Position numbers and translations under genes: made by a program
Assembly: GCF_001194135.2 (NCBI RefSeq)
Contig: NC_068999.1
Span: 17,603,295-17,647,212 of the forward strand
From: Octopus bimaculoides
Taxonomy: Eukaryota
Length of the DNA: 43,918 nt
Reading direction: 5' to 3'
The notes under the pieces: generated by a model
Seen by the model: the letters and a program-made list of their open reading frames with translations, nothing else
Told to the model about the DNA's origin: nothing
Databases searched by the model: none
Shown here: positions 1 to 12,785 of the stretch, piece by piece
Layout of the letters: the number at the start of each line of letters is the position of its first letter
Numbering within the stretch: position 1 is the stretch's first letter

Positions 1-165
1 AGAGAGGGAAGGTGGATTGAGAGAGGGGGAAGGTGGGTATGAGGGGGAGAGAAAGAGGGGAAGGTGGTTATGGGGGGAGAAAGAGAGGAAGAGAAAGAGA
101 GGAAGAGAAAGAGAGCGAGAGAGAGGGAAGAGGGGAAGAGAAAGAGAGTGAGAGAGAGGGGAAGA

Positions 166-200
<35 letters not shown>
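1..200. repeat. Purine-rich (GA/GGA) low-complexity tract followed by (TA)n
   Basis: Almost only A/G from 1-167, then a pure TA run to about 200. Confidence 0.95.
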
Positions 201-204
<4 letters not shown>

Positions 205-377
205 AATGTCGAACAATGAGAATATATATATATATATGTATGTAGGTGTGTATGTATTATTACACGAGAAGACAGGAAGGCAATTGCATAATAGCGTGGA
301 TTATATTTGAGGTTTATAATTCTGAATTAGGGTTTCGTTTCTCTAAGTTTGATTGGATGGATTAACTTTTCTGTCAG

Positions 378-469
378 AGAATCGGCTGTTACAGAACACA
401 AAAGCTTGTGTGAAACATCCTGGTCACGGATAGAAGCCAATAATTTTTATATTTGGACCTTAACCATTG
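378..469 (+). CDS. Candidate internal exon of an unidentified gene (ESAVTEHKSLCETSWSRIEANNFYIWTLTI)
   Basis: Acceptor TTAACTTTTCTGTCAG and donor TTG|GTAATA; 92 nt with one frame open throughout and stops in the other two. No homology recognised. Confidence 0.3.
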
Positions 470-740
470 GTAATATTTCGGACCTGTTTTAGTGTATGTC
501 GTATATTAAATTATCCACAAAATTTTAACAAGAGCTGCACATTAATTAAATTAATCTAAAACAATATATTGGCTATGATCAATTATAAACATTTCTGAAA
601 TGAGTGTTTAGATATATTAAACACGTTGTTTATTATCACGAAATTAACACCATATTTCGTATCCAATTTTTGAACCTCCGTGTAACGTTATTATCTGAGT
701 TGAAGAGCATATGCTTAATACATAAAAGCATACGTTCTTA

Positions 741-763
741 CACACACACATACACAAACACAC

Positions 764-794
<31 letters not shown>

Positions 795-872
795 AAGACA
801 TACACATGTATATATACATACATATATATGTATAAATATAGATAAGTACATATATAGAAAAATAGATAGATG

Positions 873-963
<91 letters not shown>

Positions 964-964
964 G

Positions 965-1016
<52 letters not shown>
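741..1016. repeat. (CA)n, (TA)n and long (GATA)n microsatellites
   Basis: Direct reading; the GATA array runs from about 865 to 1016. Confidence 0.97.
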
Positions 1017-1509
1017 TAAGCGTACATTTGCGAGTGCTAAACATCACACATGTATAAGTAAAATAAACGCGAACACATTTATTATTCAGTAGGAATACAA
1101 AATTAATAAGAAAATTGATATGATATTTTGCCTGGACGGTTGGCTTGGCATGAGAGAGCTTGCAGCCACCTGAGATAATAATAAAATAGCTTTCTCTTCA
1201 TAACTTACTTGCAAACCCATACGTAGATGTAAACATTAGACAAACTTGTATGTTGAGTATATTTATAAAGTATTTATTTACGCCAGCGATTAATGTAAGC
1301 TAACACATGAGCATACGTGGGGCTACTGAGGTACAATAGTAGTCTGTAAACTCTATGTTACTTCCGAAGAAAGGTCAATGTTTCATAAAGCATGTGAGAA
1401 ATACTTCTCAATTTTATTCTGTTTACGAAAAAAGAAGGAATCCATAAGAAGCGATATATTCCCGTTTATTTTTCGAACAGGGTATACAATCAATGTACGC
1501 TTAAAAACA

Positions 1510-2140
1510 TACACACATACAGACCGATACACACACACACACACATACACGCACGCACATACACACACACACACACGCACACATACACACACACACATAC
1601 ACACACACACACACACCCCCNNNNNNNNNNNNNNNNNNNNNNNNNNNNNNNNNNNNNNNNNNNNNNNNNNNNNNNNNNNNNNNNNNNNNNNNNNNNNNNN
1701 NNNNNNNNNNNNNNNNNNNNNNNNNNNNNNNNNNNNNNNNNNNNNNNNNNNNNNNNNNNNNNNNNNNNNNNNNNNNNNNNNNNNNNNNNNNNNNNNNNNN
1801 NNNNNNNNNNNNNNNNNNNNNNNNNNNNNNNNNNNNNNNNNNNNNNNNNNNNNNNNNNNNNNNNNNNNNNNNNNNNNNNNNNNNNNNNNNNNNNNNNNNN
1901 NNNNNNNNNNNNNNNNNNNNNNNNNNNNNNNNNNNNNNNNNNNNNNNNNNNNNNNNNNNNNNNNNNNNNNNNNNNNNNNNNNNNNNNNNNNNNNNNNNNN
2001 NNNNNNNNNNNNNNNNNNNNNNNNNNNNNNNNNNNNNNNNNNNNNNNNNNNNNNNNNNNNNNNNNNNNNNNNNNNNNNNNNNNNNNNNNNNNNNNNNNNN
2101 NNNNNNNNNNNNNNNNNNNNNNNNNNNNNNNNNNNNNNNN

Positions 2141-2228
<88 letters not shown>

Positions 2229-2250
2229 ATATGTATATGTATATATATAT
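1510..2250. repeat. (CA)n array, assembly gap 1621-2140 (520 N), then (TA)n(TG)n
   Basis: Direct reading. Confidence 0.97.
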
Positions 2251-3817
2251 AATATTTATGCCAGCATACATTCCGTTGCTCGGCTGACAATGTGTCTATT
2301 TCAAAACATGTATAATAAAGAAAGGACTTTAAATATGTAGCTTGTAACTCAGGTTATAGTGCGTTTGTAGATAAAGCACATTATCAATTAATGGAAAATA
2401 CAGGTTCCTTACAATATGTAATCAGAAAGCATTACTAATATTCTTTATTTACATAATTCAATACCTGGACTACAGGCAAAGTAGTCCTCTAATGGGCTAT
2501 TATATTCCCTTACAATGCAAAGGAAAAGCATAAAAATATAACTGACTCATTGCTTTTTGATAAGCACAACTAATTATTTTATAATAAAGGATGTATTTCT
2601 CGGAACTGAATGAAATCAAAACCGAACAAAACAGAATCATTCGATTTGTGTCGTTATTTCGTTTCACCTAACAATAGAATTGATTCATGCTTTTTTCATG
2701 ATTAAGTTTCTGTTTCATTCATTGAACTGTGGTCATGTTTTGGGATTGCATTCAATGTTAGTGAATGATCTTCCTCTCATAAGGATACACTATGTATTTT
2801 ACTTAGGTGTTATTTGGACACAAGACGCAAAAGTGCTAAATTTTCGTATGACTGGAGTTTGGATCTACACTTGCCTGTAAGCCACGAAAAACATAAACAA
2901 AATGTTACTATATATATGTCAGGAACAACAAAAGAAATAGTCATAACCAGAATGCATTTGATAACATGTTTGCTTAAAGAAGGCTTACCTCGGGCTAATC
3001 AACAAATATGTTTTTTTTTTTTCTGTCCACATTATATATGCGACCCAATATTCCCGTCAGGAAACAAACGCAATCTTTTATACAAACTCTCGTAGATTTT
3101 GCTATTTATTTCCGATTATGTTTTCAATACGTTGTTTGAGACTAGCTGAAAGATTTTGAAAACGTGCCAAAAATAAAGAAATAAAGAAATAGAATTAAAA
3201 ATAGAGAATCTATTGAGGTTTTACAAAAAGAAACTGAAATATATCTACAAAATTTGAATATATATAATTCTCGATACCAGAATGTTTAATTTATTTTATA
3301 AAATTTCTTTTCATTCTATTTGTTGTCATTCTGTCTGAATAAAACACAGCATCTATGCATATTTTATAGTCTTGTGAAATGGCAACTTTTATGTGTTGTC
3401 TAACATTTTTCAGAATTAGCTCTTTTCAATTACAGTAACACAGTTCTATATGAAATTTGTATAGTTTAGTCCTCTACTATTTTGTCAGAGAGTGTTTTTA
3501 CAACAAAATATATATTTAAAATATGAGAGACGTTTCTCACCGATATCTGTAACTCAGTGATTTGGAGAACCGAAACAGAATAAATAACAAAATAGAAAAT
3601 ACAACAGAATTAATTTTACTTCTTTTGTATTCACTTGCATTAAACGGAGGTAATTTCAACGTTTCGGATTGTGGTTATTTTTCCACTAACATTTAGGTAA
3701 AGTAGTTGAGTAAGAAGTAGATCTAATATAGCAATAGATCTAATACACCCTGACACAGCTCGTTCCTACAGATTAGACGGGACTGAATACATTCGACTCA
3801 AAGGAATATGATTAATG

Positions 3818-4050
3818 AATGTATATGATTATTGATTGTTAATGTATATGATTACTGATTGTTAATTTTAAATTTAGAACAATAACCACTAAAATATATA
3901 TGAAAATGTATGATTAGAGTATAGTTGTGAAGGACTGAATAAACTGTACTGAACGTGTATGATTACTGATAGTTAATTTTAAATTTAGAATCCAACGCAC
4001 TAAAATATATATGAAAACATATAATTGGGATATAGTTGCTATGGATTGAA
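3818..4050. repeat. Local tandem duplications: 23-bp unit x2 (3818-3863) overlapping a diverged repeat with a 111-bp period (3847-3939 vs 3958-4050)
   Basis: TATGATTACTGAT(T/A)GTTAATTTTAAATTTAGAA...CACTAAAATATATATGAAAA occurs at 3847 and 3958. Confidence 0.9.
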
Positions 4051-4684
4051 CTTTATCTAAGAATACAACTCGAAATTAAATTACTACTGTCATATAATAT
4101 AATAGATTGAATCTACTAAATAGAACTGGTGTCTTCTAATTAATAATTACAATGAAATATAAGCACTGCTGGCAAGTCAATAGTGTATGCAATTGAGCTA
4201 ACATTCGAAAAATGTGTCTTAAATTCAAATCAGTCAAGCTGTGTTAGTTATAATCGTAACAACACTCGCAATAGATTCAATCTAACAATGACTTTAAATG
4301 TTGCGTAATCTATTGCTGATAAAAGTTAATATAATAAAATTGGCATCGTCTATTCGAGCCATTATTTACTGTCCACTGTGAGGTTTAACGAAAAATAGAA
4401 AATACCTTTACGAAGGCCTTATGTATCAAGAAAGCTTAATTTATTTTCGTAGCATAGTGACAGCAATACATTTAGATATACTTTGTAGCAATATGTAGTA
4501 CGAAAAATAAACGCTCCCGGTAAGTTAGTAATTAATCATTATAATATACATTATTTATAGAAACTTCGTGAATAACATCATCTAATTTTGTTTAATTACA
4601 AATCCAATTTATCTAGTAAAATCACGTGAATTAAATATTTTAATCTTTAAATGTTTTAGTTATGTTTGGAATTTTAATGCAACT

Positions 4685-4966
4685 CTCACAAACTGTCCGA
4701 GTCTAATCTCGCGCAGAGAATGAATGTGTGCTCTTCTTTGCTGTCATGTCTAACGAATGAATATTTTTGGGACCAAAAGTGACTGGTGACGAGAAATGGT
4801 TTCTCTATAAATGTGTCAAGCGCCGAAAAATTTGCGTAGGGAAAGGAAAAACGCTGGTATCCCAGGTTAATTAAGGTCTTCACTCACGTAAGGTGATGTT
4901 AACTGGTTCGTGGAATATGAAAGGTTTAGTCCACTTTGAACTCTAAAACCCAATCTAATCGATTAC
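4685..4966 (+). mobile_element. Decayed mariner (Tc1/mariner DD34D-type) transposase fragment, central part
   Basis: Manual translation gives HKLSESNLAQRMNVCSSLLSCLTNEYFWDQ / VTGDEKWFLYKCVKRRKICVGKGKTLVSQVN*GLHSRKVMLTGSWNMKGLVHFEL*NP. It contains the remnant of WVPHEL and the VTGDEKW motif with the first catalytic Asp, plus one frameshift and stops. Confidence 0.92.
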
Positions 4967-5903
4967 TTATTTTCATTTGATATTTAGTTTAGGTATCTCT
5001 GTTTCTAGAACGGCTCAACAGAAAACAATACAAATAAGATAATTTTTGAATGAATTTACGTCTTAACAACGCGTGTAGTAAACCTACAATAAATATAATT
5101 GAGGAATGAATATTTCCTCACTCGCTTTTTATGGAATTGATAAGGTAGGACATTTAGCGTAATATCGGTTTAAATAAACCTAGACACAAGAGTATAAGCT
5201 CGCACGCAAAATCACACAAACAACATAGATCGCATCCGCCATTGTACACGCACACATATATACATATACATGACTGAGTGTGTGCGTGCGCGCGCACACA
5301 CACACACACATTCAGCTCGGAAAAGGTGAATATGAGATAAGATATGGATATACAGATGCAGAAATTTCAAAGACTATAAAAATATAAAGACATACATTTA
5401 ACTCAATAAAGGATGTGCTCGTAACAAACGTATCCAATGCCACAGCTGAGAGACAGTACAATAGTTCCGTCTGACCTGTGCTCTTATAAGCAAATGAGAC
5501 GTGTGCTACTATGAAGAGTATAGGACATCCACTGGTTACGACGGAAGGCGTCATGGAAAGATCCAAGCTAGAAATGTCATTACTGAAAGCAAAAGTTCCT
5601 CTGCTAAGTTTACAAACAATAGGACCAGTGTAGTAGGCCTATTTGAAGTCGTCCACGGTAAGGAGAAGACGATCAACTTGCGCAATTTTGGTTTTGATAG
5701 GAAAGAATATCGCAGTGTATATATACACTGTAGTGGAATATTTACATAGTTGTGGACTAAACAATAGAAATTCCGAACGACAAGAATGAGTGCTCAACAC
5801 CGCACTGGTGGATTGAATTTCTATATTGAGAAAAATGTTGAGAATCTCTTTTATACATTAATATATATTTATGTGCGTGTATGCATGTAATAATATATAT
5901 ATA

Positions 5904-6120
5904 CTGTTGGAATTAACAAAATACAAAAGACGAAGAGGTGTGTAAACAACAAACAGGTGTATTAGTTTAACACTTCGGAAGGTGAGAAAATCATTTATGT
6001 TTCGAGTCTACGCTCTTCAACGTAAAGGAACACGGGAAAATAACAGAGAGAGAATACAAAAAAGAAGGGTTGAGTAGCTAGCGGTCAATCCTGATGATGG
6101 CTGGTCAGAGGTGGTCACGA
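5904..6120 (-). mobile_element. Penelope-like element (PLE) terminal/pLTR fragment
   Basis: AAACAACAAACAGGTGTATTAGTTTAAC...GTTTCGAGTCTACGCTCTTCAAC resembles an abundant octopus repeat end as I recall it. The minus strand carries a GAAGAGC-loop-CTCGAAAC hammerhead-like motif typical of PLE ends, and the fragment abuts (TA)n. Family assignment is from memory, not a search. Confidence 0.6.
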
Positions 6121-6124
6121 ACAC

Positions 6125-6738
6125 ATTGGGTCATTCCATAAATTTCTTTTTTAATCTAAAATATACTCATCTTCATTTTCTACAATGCTCTTCCGTCTAT
6201 TTTGTAGACTTGTAAGGCCCCTCTTCTAAAATTCACTCGTCCAGGAAGAAAAATACTCCTCTAGTACATTTCTGAGCTCATCTATGTAGTTCATATCCTT
6301 CTCCATACGAATGCTTTTGGAGACTGCGGAATAAATGATAATCAGATGGAGCAATATGCGGCGAATATGGTCGGTGGGGCAACATTTCCTATTCAAACTG
6401 CTCCAGCCTTTGGAATGTCATCCTCGCTATATGTGGCCGGGCAGTATCCTGATGGAAGAGCACCCTTTGTCTTGAAACCTAAGATGTTCGTTTTCCTCCT
6501 AGCGTTGACTGAAGCCTCTCAGGCTGTTCGCAGTAGATCTCATTTGTCATCGTTTGGATTGGGTTTAAAAGTTTAAAGTGAACTAAACGTTTCATATTCC
6601 ACGAAAGAGTTAACATCACTTTACGTGGATGAATACGTTCTTTAACCTGGAGTACCAGTGTTTTTTCCTTTCTCTACCCAATATTTTCGGCGCTTGGCAC
6701 TTTTAAAGAGAAACCATTTCTCGTCACCAGTCGCTGTT
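6125..6738 (-). mobile_element. Decayed mariner transposon, 3' half of the transposase plus probable terminal inverted repeat
   Basis: Minus-strand translation: TGDEKWFLF...IHPRKVMLTLSWNMKRLVHFKLLNPIQTMTNEIYCEQPERL...RVLFHQDTARPHIARMTFQRLEQFE*EMLPHRPYSPHIAPSDYHLFRSLQ.../...IVENEDEYILD*. These are decayed HQDNARPH and YSPDLAPSD motifs. A TIR-like ATTGGGTCATTCCATAAATTTC lies at 6125-6146. Confidence 0.95.
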
Positions 6739-6972
6739 CCTATTGAAATGCGTTCGAACGGCATTGCATTTAGCACATTATATTTTCAGTGACTGATACT
6801 AATTGTGGATACAGTTGAAATCACTTTAGAAAATGTCATGCGAATGACGAAAGGCGAATGTATTCACGGGAATCAAAAATAAAATAATTGCTTTTAAGAT
6901 AGGTACAAAAACAGAAATGTTAGTGTTGGGTGTTACTACTCTATTAAAAGCACACAATGCATAACTATTACT

Positions 6973-7097
6973 TTATCTCATCAACCCCGGAGAGTTGGAG
7001 AGCAAAACTGAACTGTTCTCAATTTGATTTTAGAACTTAAAGAGTTGGAATAAAAATTTCAACTCATTTTGCCGAAGCAGTGTTATTATTGAGCCAA
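6973..7097 (-). mobile_element. Highly decayed tRNA-derived SINE fragment, probably the same family as 15005-15210
   Basis: ATCAACCCCGGAGAGTTGGAGAGCAAAACTGAAC...TTTTAGAACTTAAAGAG follows the core order seen in the better-preserved copy. Confidence 0.5.
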
Positions 7098-7251
7098 GGA
7101 GCGGATGTCTATATAAAAAGAATTAATAAACATCTAGGGAGAAAGTGCTTATCCATTCTGATCCTTGTTTTGTTGAACACGTTTTGGCAAATGCACATTA
7201 CGCACTTCAATATTTTTCCACATATACTTTTGTGACTAAATATATAATTAC

Positions 7252-7311
7252 AGGTAAATAAATACCCGCCGTAATTCAAACTATAGGTAAAGAAATACCC
7301 GATGTAATCAA
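7252..7311. repeat. Diverged tandem duplication with a 33-bp period
   Basis: AGGTAAATAAATACCCGCCGTAATTCAA and AGGTAAAGAAATACCCGATGTAATCAA. Confidence 0.85.
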
Positions 7312-8474
7312 TTTTATTATCATTTTCACTGACTCTTACTTATGAAAGTCTCTTTTAAATCCATATTTCTGCTATGAATTTTCAACTACCAAATGCTCAC
7401 ACATCAATTTCGTTCAATTGACTAAACAATTAGGAAGAACAAAATAAAAGCAGTTACACATCATAAACTGATGAATTCTTCGGAATTGCAACTTAATTGC
7501 TTTAAATGCAATATTTGTACTTCAGTGTGGTTGCTGAAACGATATATTTGAGATTTCTTATCAGATTTCGATAACGTAAGCACCAATATATTCTGAACAC
7601 TAAAAAATGAACAAACGCAAGTGTTGCCTCGAATAACGTCTATCAAACAATGTCCATTAAATATCGACTTTTAATCAAAAAATCGAGATAGTGTGGCGTT
7701 TTTCCTCATGAAAAATCACATTATTTCAAGATCACTATATATGTTAATGGATTTACCAATATTCGCAGGGAACGTGATTCTATATGGGGGATTTTTTTTT
7801 CCAATTTTTCGATTATAACTTAGAATAACCTTTTCTAAAACACAGTTTATTATTCGCATTCATTTAGAGCTATTGATGTTACTACTGAATATATTAACAA
7901 AAACAGTATCTAGAGAAATAAAAATCCTCAATTTCACTTTATTTCCTTAAAGTTATACATGTTAGGTAATATAAAGATGGCAGTTTAGAGACATAGAGGT
8001 CTAGAATACAATAACTTTAACTAGTCAAACAATATTTTGTGCAGCAAAATAATTTTATTAGACAGAGCATGAATAAATTCTGAAAAAAAATGTGAAAGGG
8101 AGTAACAAACGTGTTCGGCTTGGATTTTCAATGAAACAATTTTAATTCACTTCAAGTAATTGCCCATGAAGAAAAGCAATACTATAACTGCTTCACCATG
8201 TTTTTCTCATATTACAGCAGCATAGCTTGCTGTGGCTGTAGGTGCAAAGAGTATGCCAAAGCACTAGAAAGCCATATTCAAGCAAAAATAAATAAGTAAA
8301 AAATAAATATTGACGTACCAAACGATTCATACGTAGGTTTTGACCCAAAAAGGAACTGCATATAGTGTGAAAGTCAGTTCAAACATGACACGGAGTGATA
8401 TATAATATTCATATATTGGAAAAGGTAGAGGAAGTTAGTTGGAAAGTAGACAGAGATATAGTGTGCAAATGGGA

Positions 8475-8509
<35 letters not shown>

Positions 8510-8512
8510 TTG

Positions 8513-8559
<47 letters not shown>

Positions 8560-8680
8560 TGAGAGAGAGAGAGATAGATGGAGGGATGGAGGGATTGATA
8601 GATGGATATAGAGATATATAGATGTGTTTATATGCATGTGTATGTATGAATGTATATATTATGCCTATATGTATATATGC
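8475..8680. repeat. Compound (TG)n(TA)n(GA)n microsatellite
   Basis: Direct reading. Confidence 0.95.
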
Positions 8681-10514
8681 ACGCATACAACAGTGGATGT
8701 CAAATAGAAGAGAAACAGGTACGAAGCATTTGTCAAATAAGTAGGTACCTGTAAATAGTAATCTCTTAGCTTTCACTTGTCCATCATTTTTTACGAAGGC
8801 TGTTTATTTTTACAGAAACTGTACATTTTTATAGAGGCTATAGATATTCGAAATTCCAACGATTGGTAAGATTTGCTAATATAATCTCGAAAATTCTTGA
8901 ATATATTCATATTACTTGAAAACGCGACTTCTTCATATAAATATCACTTTGAAGAGATTTGGGAGAAAGCAGGTTATTTGGGCGTATTTCAGAAGACACC
9001 GCTAGCTATAGAAATTGACATATAAAATGCTTCAATGTCACCTTGTAGGGAACTAAACTTTGCAATGTAGTTGTTTCGATTATAGGAAATATATTTGATA
9101 ATATTGAATACAAGAAGTTATCTTAAAACTAGCAGGTTTAAGATGAGGAATGAAGTATAGCGCAGCTGATTCATTTATCGTGGGAAGATATTAAAGTTAT
9201 TATAGGCTTTAACACGTGAATTTAGATATCGCGGAAACTGATTTTCTTTACCGGCAAAAAACAATACATTTGTAAGACTACAAAATAATTGACGATTTGA
9301 TCGAACAAACATATTCATATTTCTGATATTACAGACCAGGACAAGGATGAAAGTTAAAGAGAAACCGAAGAGGGATTGATCTTAAGAAGTAGAGAGAAAG
9401 AACTGTAATATGTCAAAATTCCCTATTTTTAACGCGCATCTGTTTCTGATATTTTCCGTACATCACCATCAAACGGAACAACAACCTGTAAATATATGTC
9501 TTCGTTTTAAAGAGAAATTGGTCCAGGTATAATCATTAGATACACACCCACCTCCAGACACAAGCAACAATGTCAAACGATTATATGGCTAGCGTTAATA
9601 ATAATCTATATGAAAAGACAACGAAAATTGAGTACTTCATTATGGAGGAAGTTACAAGAAATATATCAAAATAAAACATTTGTGAAAGTTCCATTCTCTT
9701 AAAGATTTCATATAATAAAAGTATATAACAAAAGCGGTGCTCATTTATATTCCACATAAAATTATATATGTCGTGTCTTTTATTGGAACATTCATGGAAA
9801 TTGATCTAAGAGAATATAAAAATAATAAATTTCTTCACAACTGTGAGGGAAAGGGGGAAAATAAAGAAAATAGTTGGTTAATATGGTAAAATAATGCGTA
9901 TTTAATTTTCCGTTTTGCATAAGAGTGAAAAGACTCAAACGGGCATTAAATAAGATAAGAGTTTGCGGTGTTTGGAAAATCTTATCCTCGCTTCGATTAA
10001 TATTCTTACGGAAATGAATTGAATTCGGAATAGGTTTTATAAGGGAAAATTTCAAACGTATTATATCCTCATAAATTACACGAAACTTATCATCAAATCG
10101 ATGGCACCAGAAGTTGTTTAGATGGTAAGAAGATATTTGTAAGACGGAGAAAAATTTTTTTTTTTTTTTTAATGGGTAAATGAATACATACAACTTATCA
10201 GGATATTTCATGAAATTATTGTGCATACAAAAGCCCATTATGTCATGTAATAGAAAAATACATTGAAAACACATTTTAAAGAGATTTTATTTTGCATATG
10301 TTCTGAGACACAAGTGTAGACACAAATACACAGACATATAAATATTCACGCACCAGGTAAATATATTGATAGACATTAAGATCTTTGAATTTCGTACGTT
10401 GTTTACACTGTGGTCCAGTATATTACCTCGTTACAGTCAAAAACTATTCTCTTCATCAAAATTAAATTTTAATGGTATTTCAGTGAATAGTCGGAGTAAA
10501 ATAAATATGATACG

Positions 10515-10700
<186 letters not shown>

Positions 10701-11266
10701 CATATATCTAATTATAAATGTATACACACATAAATCAAACACACACACGAAGATACGCGTATATATGAATAGATAACAAAAAATATATCCTAAACCAATT
10801 CCGGATACACGAAATGATAAAGGATGTTAACAGAAATTAGTAGCACAAGGCAAATAAACATCCGTGTTACGCTGAAATGTAAATATATATATATACAAAA
10901 AAAAGTAAATGTTATTGCTGAAAATATAAGATGACTTGCGATGTTTCTGTGATAGAGTATTAAATCAGTACGTATTACTGGCATAATATTGTTTAGGTAA
11001 ACTTCATTTCTTTTCAAATATCGAAATAAATATCATGCTCCCCCATTATAATTCAAAACATTTCCTGCAGACGTTGAAACGTCGATGCTATTTTGTTAAA
11101 ATGAGCAGCAAAGATGTCGTAAAATGCTGCGTGGTGATAATGAAGCCGACTGGTTTTAGAAGACTTGCGTTATACATGTAAACACACGTTTGCACACGCT
11201 TATATGTCTACTGAGACTGCAGTACACGCCAAGGAATCCCTGGAACTATGTATGTATGTATGAATG

Positions 11267-11282
11267 CACACACAAACACACG

Positions 11283-11355
<73 letters not shown>
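11267..11355. repeat. Compound (CA)n(TA)n microsatellite
   Basis: Direct reading. Confidence 0.95.
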
Positions 11356-11357
<2 letters not shown>

Positions 11358-12070
11358 GTGTATGTTTACGATTATTTAATGTGCTTATATTTATATGTAC
11401 ACTTATATATACGTACACATAAGCATGTGTCTTTTGTATGCGTGCCCTCGATATGCATGTGTGTTTGTGAATAATTAGATTCTAAGATGATGAAAAGTAA
11501 TTGACGCAATTGTCAGTAACTTCAAAGTTTATGACTGTGCATTAACTGCTGAAAGTTCTAAGACAGTAGCAACATGTTTTTCTATGTATACTATATGTGA
11601 GTTTGTAGGTGATTCTCTATGAATATACGGTGTAATTAAATGGAATGATAAATACGAATTAAGAAAACAACGTTCTTCAACAGTCTTGCTAAGCAAAATG
11701 CGTGCGGCTGTATATAATAGAAAATATCTTATCATAACAGAGAAATCTATTACAAAACTTTCGTTTGTCTCTCTTTAATTCATTGCTAAATTACTTTCAC
11801 ACGTTTTAAAATTCCCTACTAAACTCCTTCAATTAAACCCATTAAATTGATAGAAATAGATGTTTTCCTAGTAAAGCAAAACTGATAAATTATATCACAT
11901 GATCAGTGACAGTCAGAATGGATTCATTATAAGAGATTTTTTTTCTTATCTTGGAAACAAGAAAAAGAAAATCAGCAGAAAATATAAAAAGACATATACA
12001 CACATATCTTCAAACAAGAACATGTAATCATCTAAACACACAAATTAGGTGAATACACTCTGCGTATATA

Positions 12071-12729
12071 NNNNNNNNNNNNNNNNNNNNNNNNNNNNNN
12101 NNNNNNNNNNNNNNNNNNNNNNNNNNNNNNNNNNNNNNNNNNNNNNNNNNNNNNNNNNNNNNNNNNNNNNNNNNNNNNNNNNNNNNNNNNNNNNNNNNNN
12201 NNNNNNNNNNNNNNNNNNNNNNNNNNNNNNNNNNNNNNNNNNNNNNNNNNNNNNNNNNNNNNNNNNNNNNNNNNNNNNNNNNNNNNNNNNNNNNNNNNNN
12301 NNNNNNNNNNNNNNNNNNNNNNNNNNNNNNNNNNNNNNNNNNNNNNNNNNNNNNNNNNNNNNNNNNNNNNNNNNNNNNNNNNNNNNNNNNNNNNNNNNNN
12401 NNNNNNNNNNNNNNNNNNNNNNNNNNNNNNNNNNNNNNNNNNNNNNNNNNNNNNNNNNNNNNNNNNNNNNNNNNNNNNNNNNNNNNNNNNNNNNNNNNNN
12501 NNNNNNNNNNNNNNNNNNNNNNNNNNNNNNNNNNNNNNNNNNNNNNNNNNNNNNNNNNNNNNNNNNNNNNNNNNNNNNNNNNNNNNNNNNNNNNNNNNNN
12601 NNNNNNNNNNNNNNNNNNNNNNNNNNNNNNNNNNNNNNNNNNNNNNNNNNNNNNNNNNNNNNNNNNNNNNNNNNNNNNNNNNNNNNNNNNNNNNNNNNNN
12701 NNNNNNNNNNNNNNNNNNNNNNNNNNNNN
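12071..12729. other. Assembly gap (659 N) flanked by TA/CA repeats
   Basis: N-run. Confidence 1.
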
Positions 12730-12752
12730 TATATATATCTATATATAAGTGT

Positions 12753-12785
<33 letters not shown>

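Noticed and set aside
2989-3145. Minus-strand segment between a good acceptor and a GTAAGC donor
   Set aside because: Stops in all frames and an internal A-run; no coding support.
5430-5635. LLKAKVPLLSLQTIGP resembling the BEL/Pao SKVAPLK..TIPRLEL motif
   Set aside because: Similarity is too short, and the flanking RNase H motifs are absent.
5713-5730. Perfect 18-bp palindrome CAGTGTATATATACACTG
   Set aside because: Centred on (TA)n, which is self-complementary; expected in this genome.
6346-6576. 76-aa + strand ORF in the track
   Set aside because: It is the antisense frame of the mariner transposase relic.
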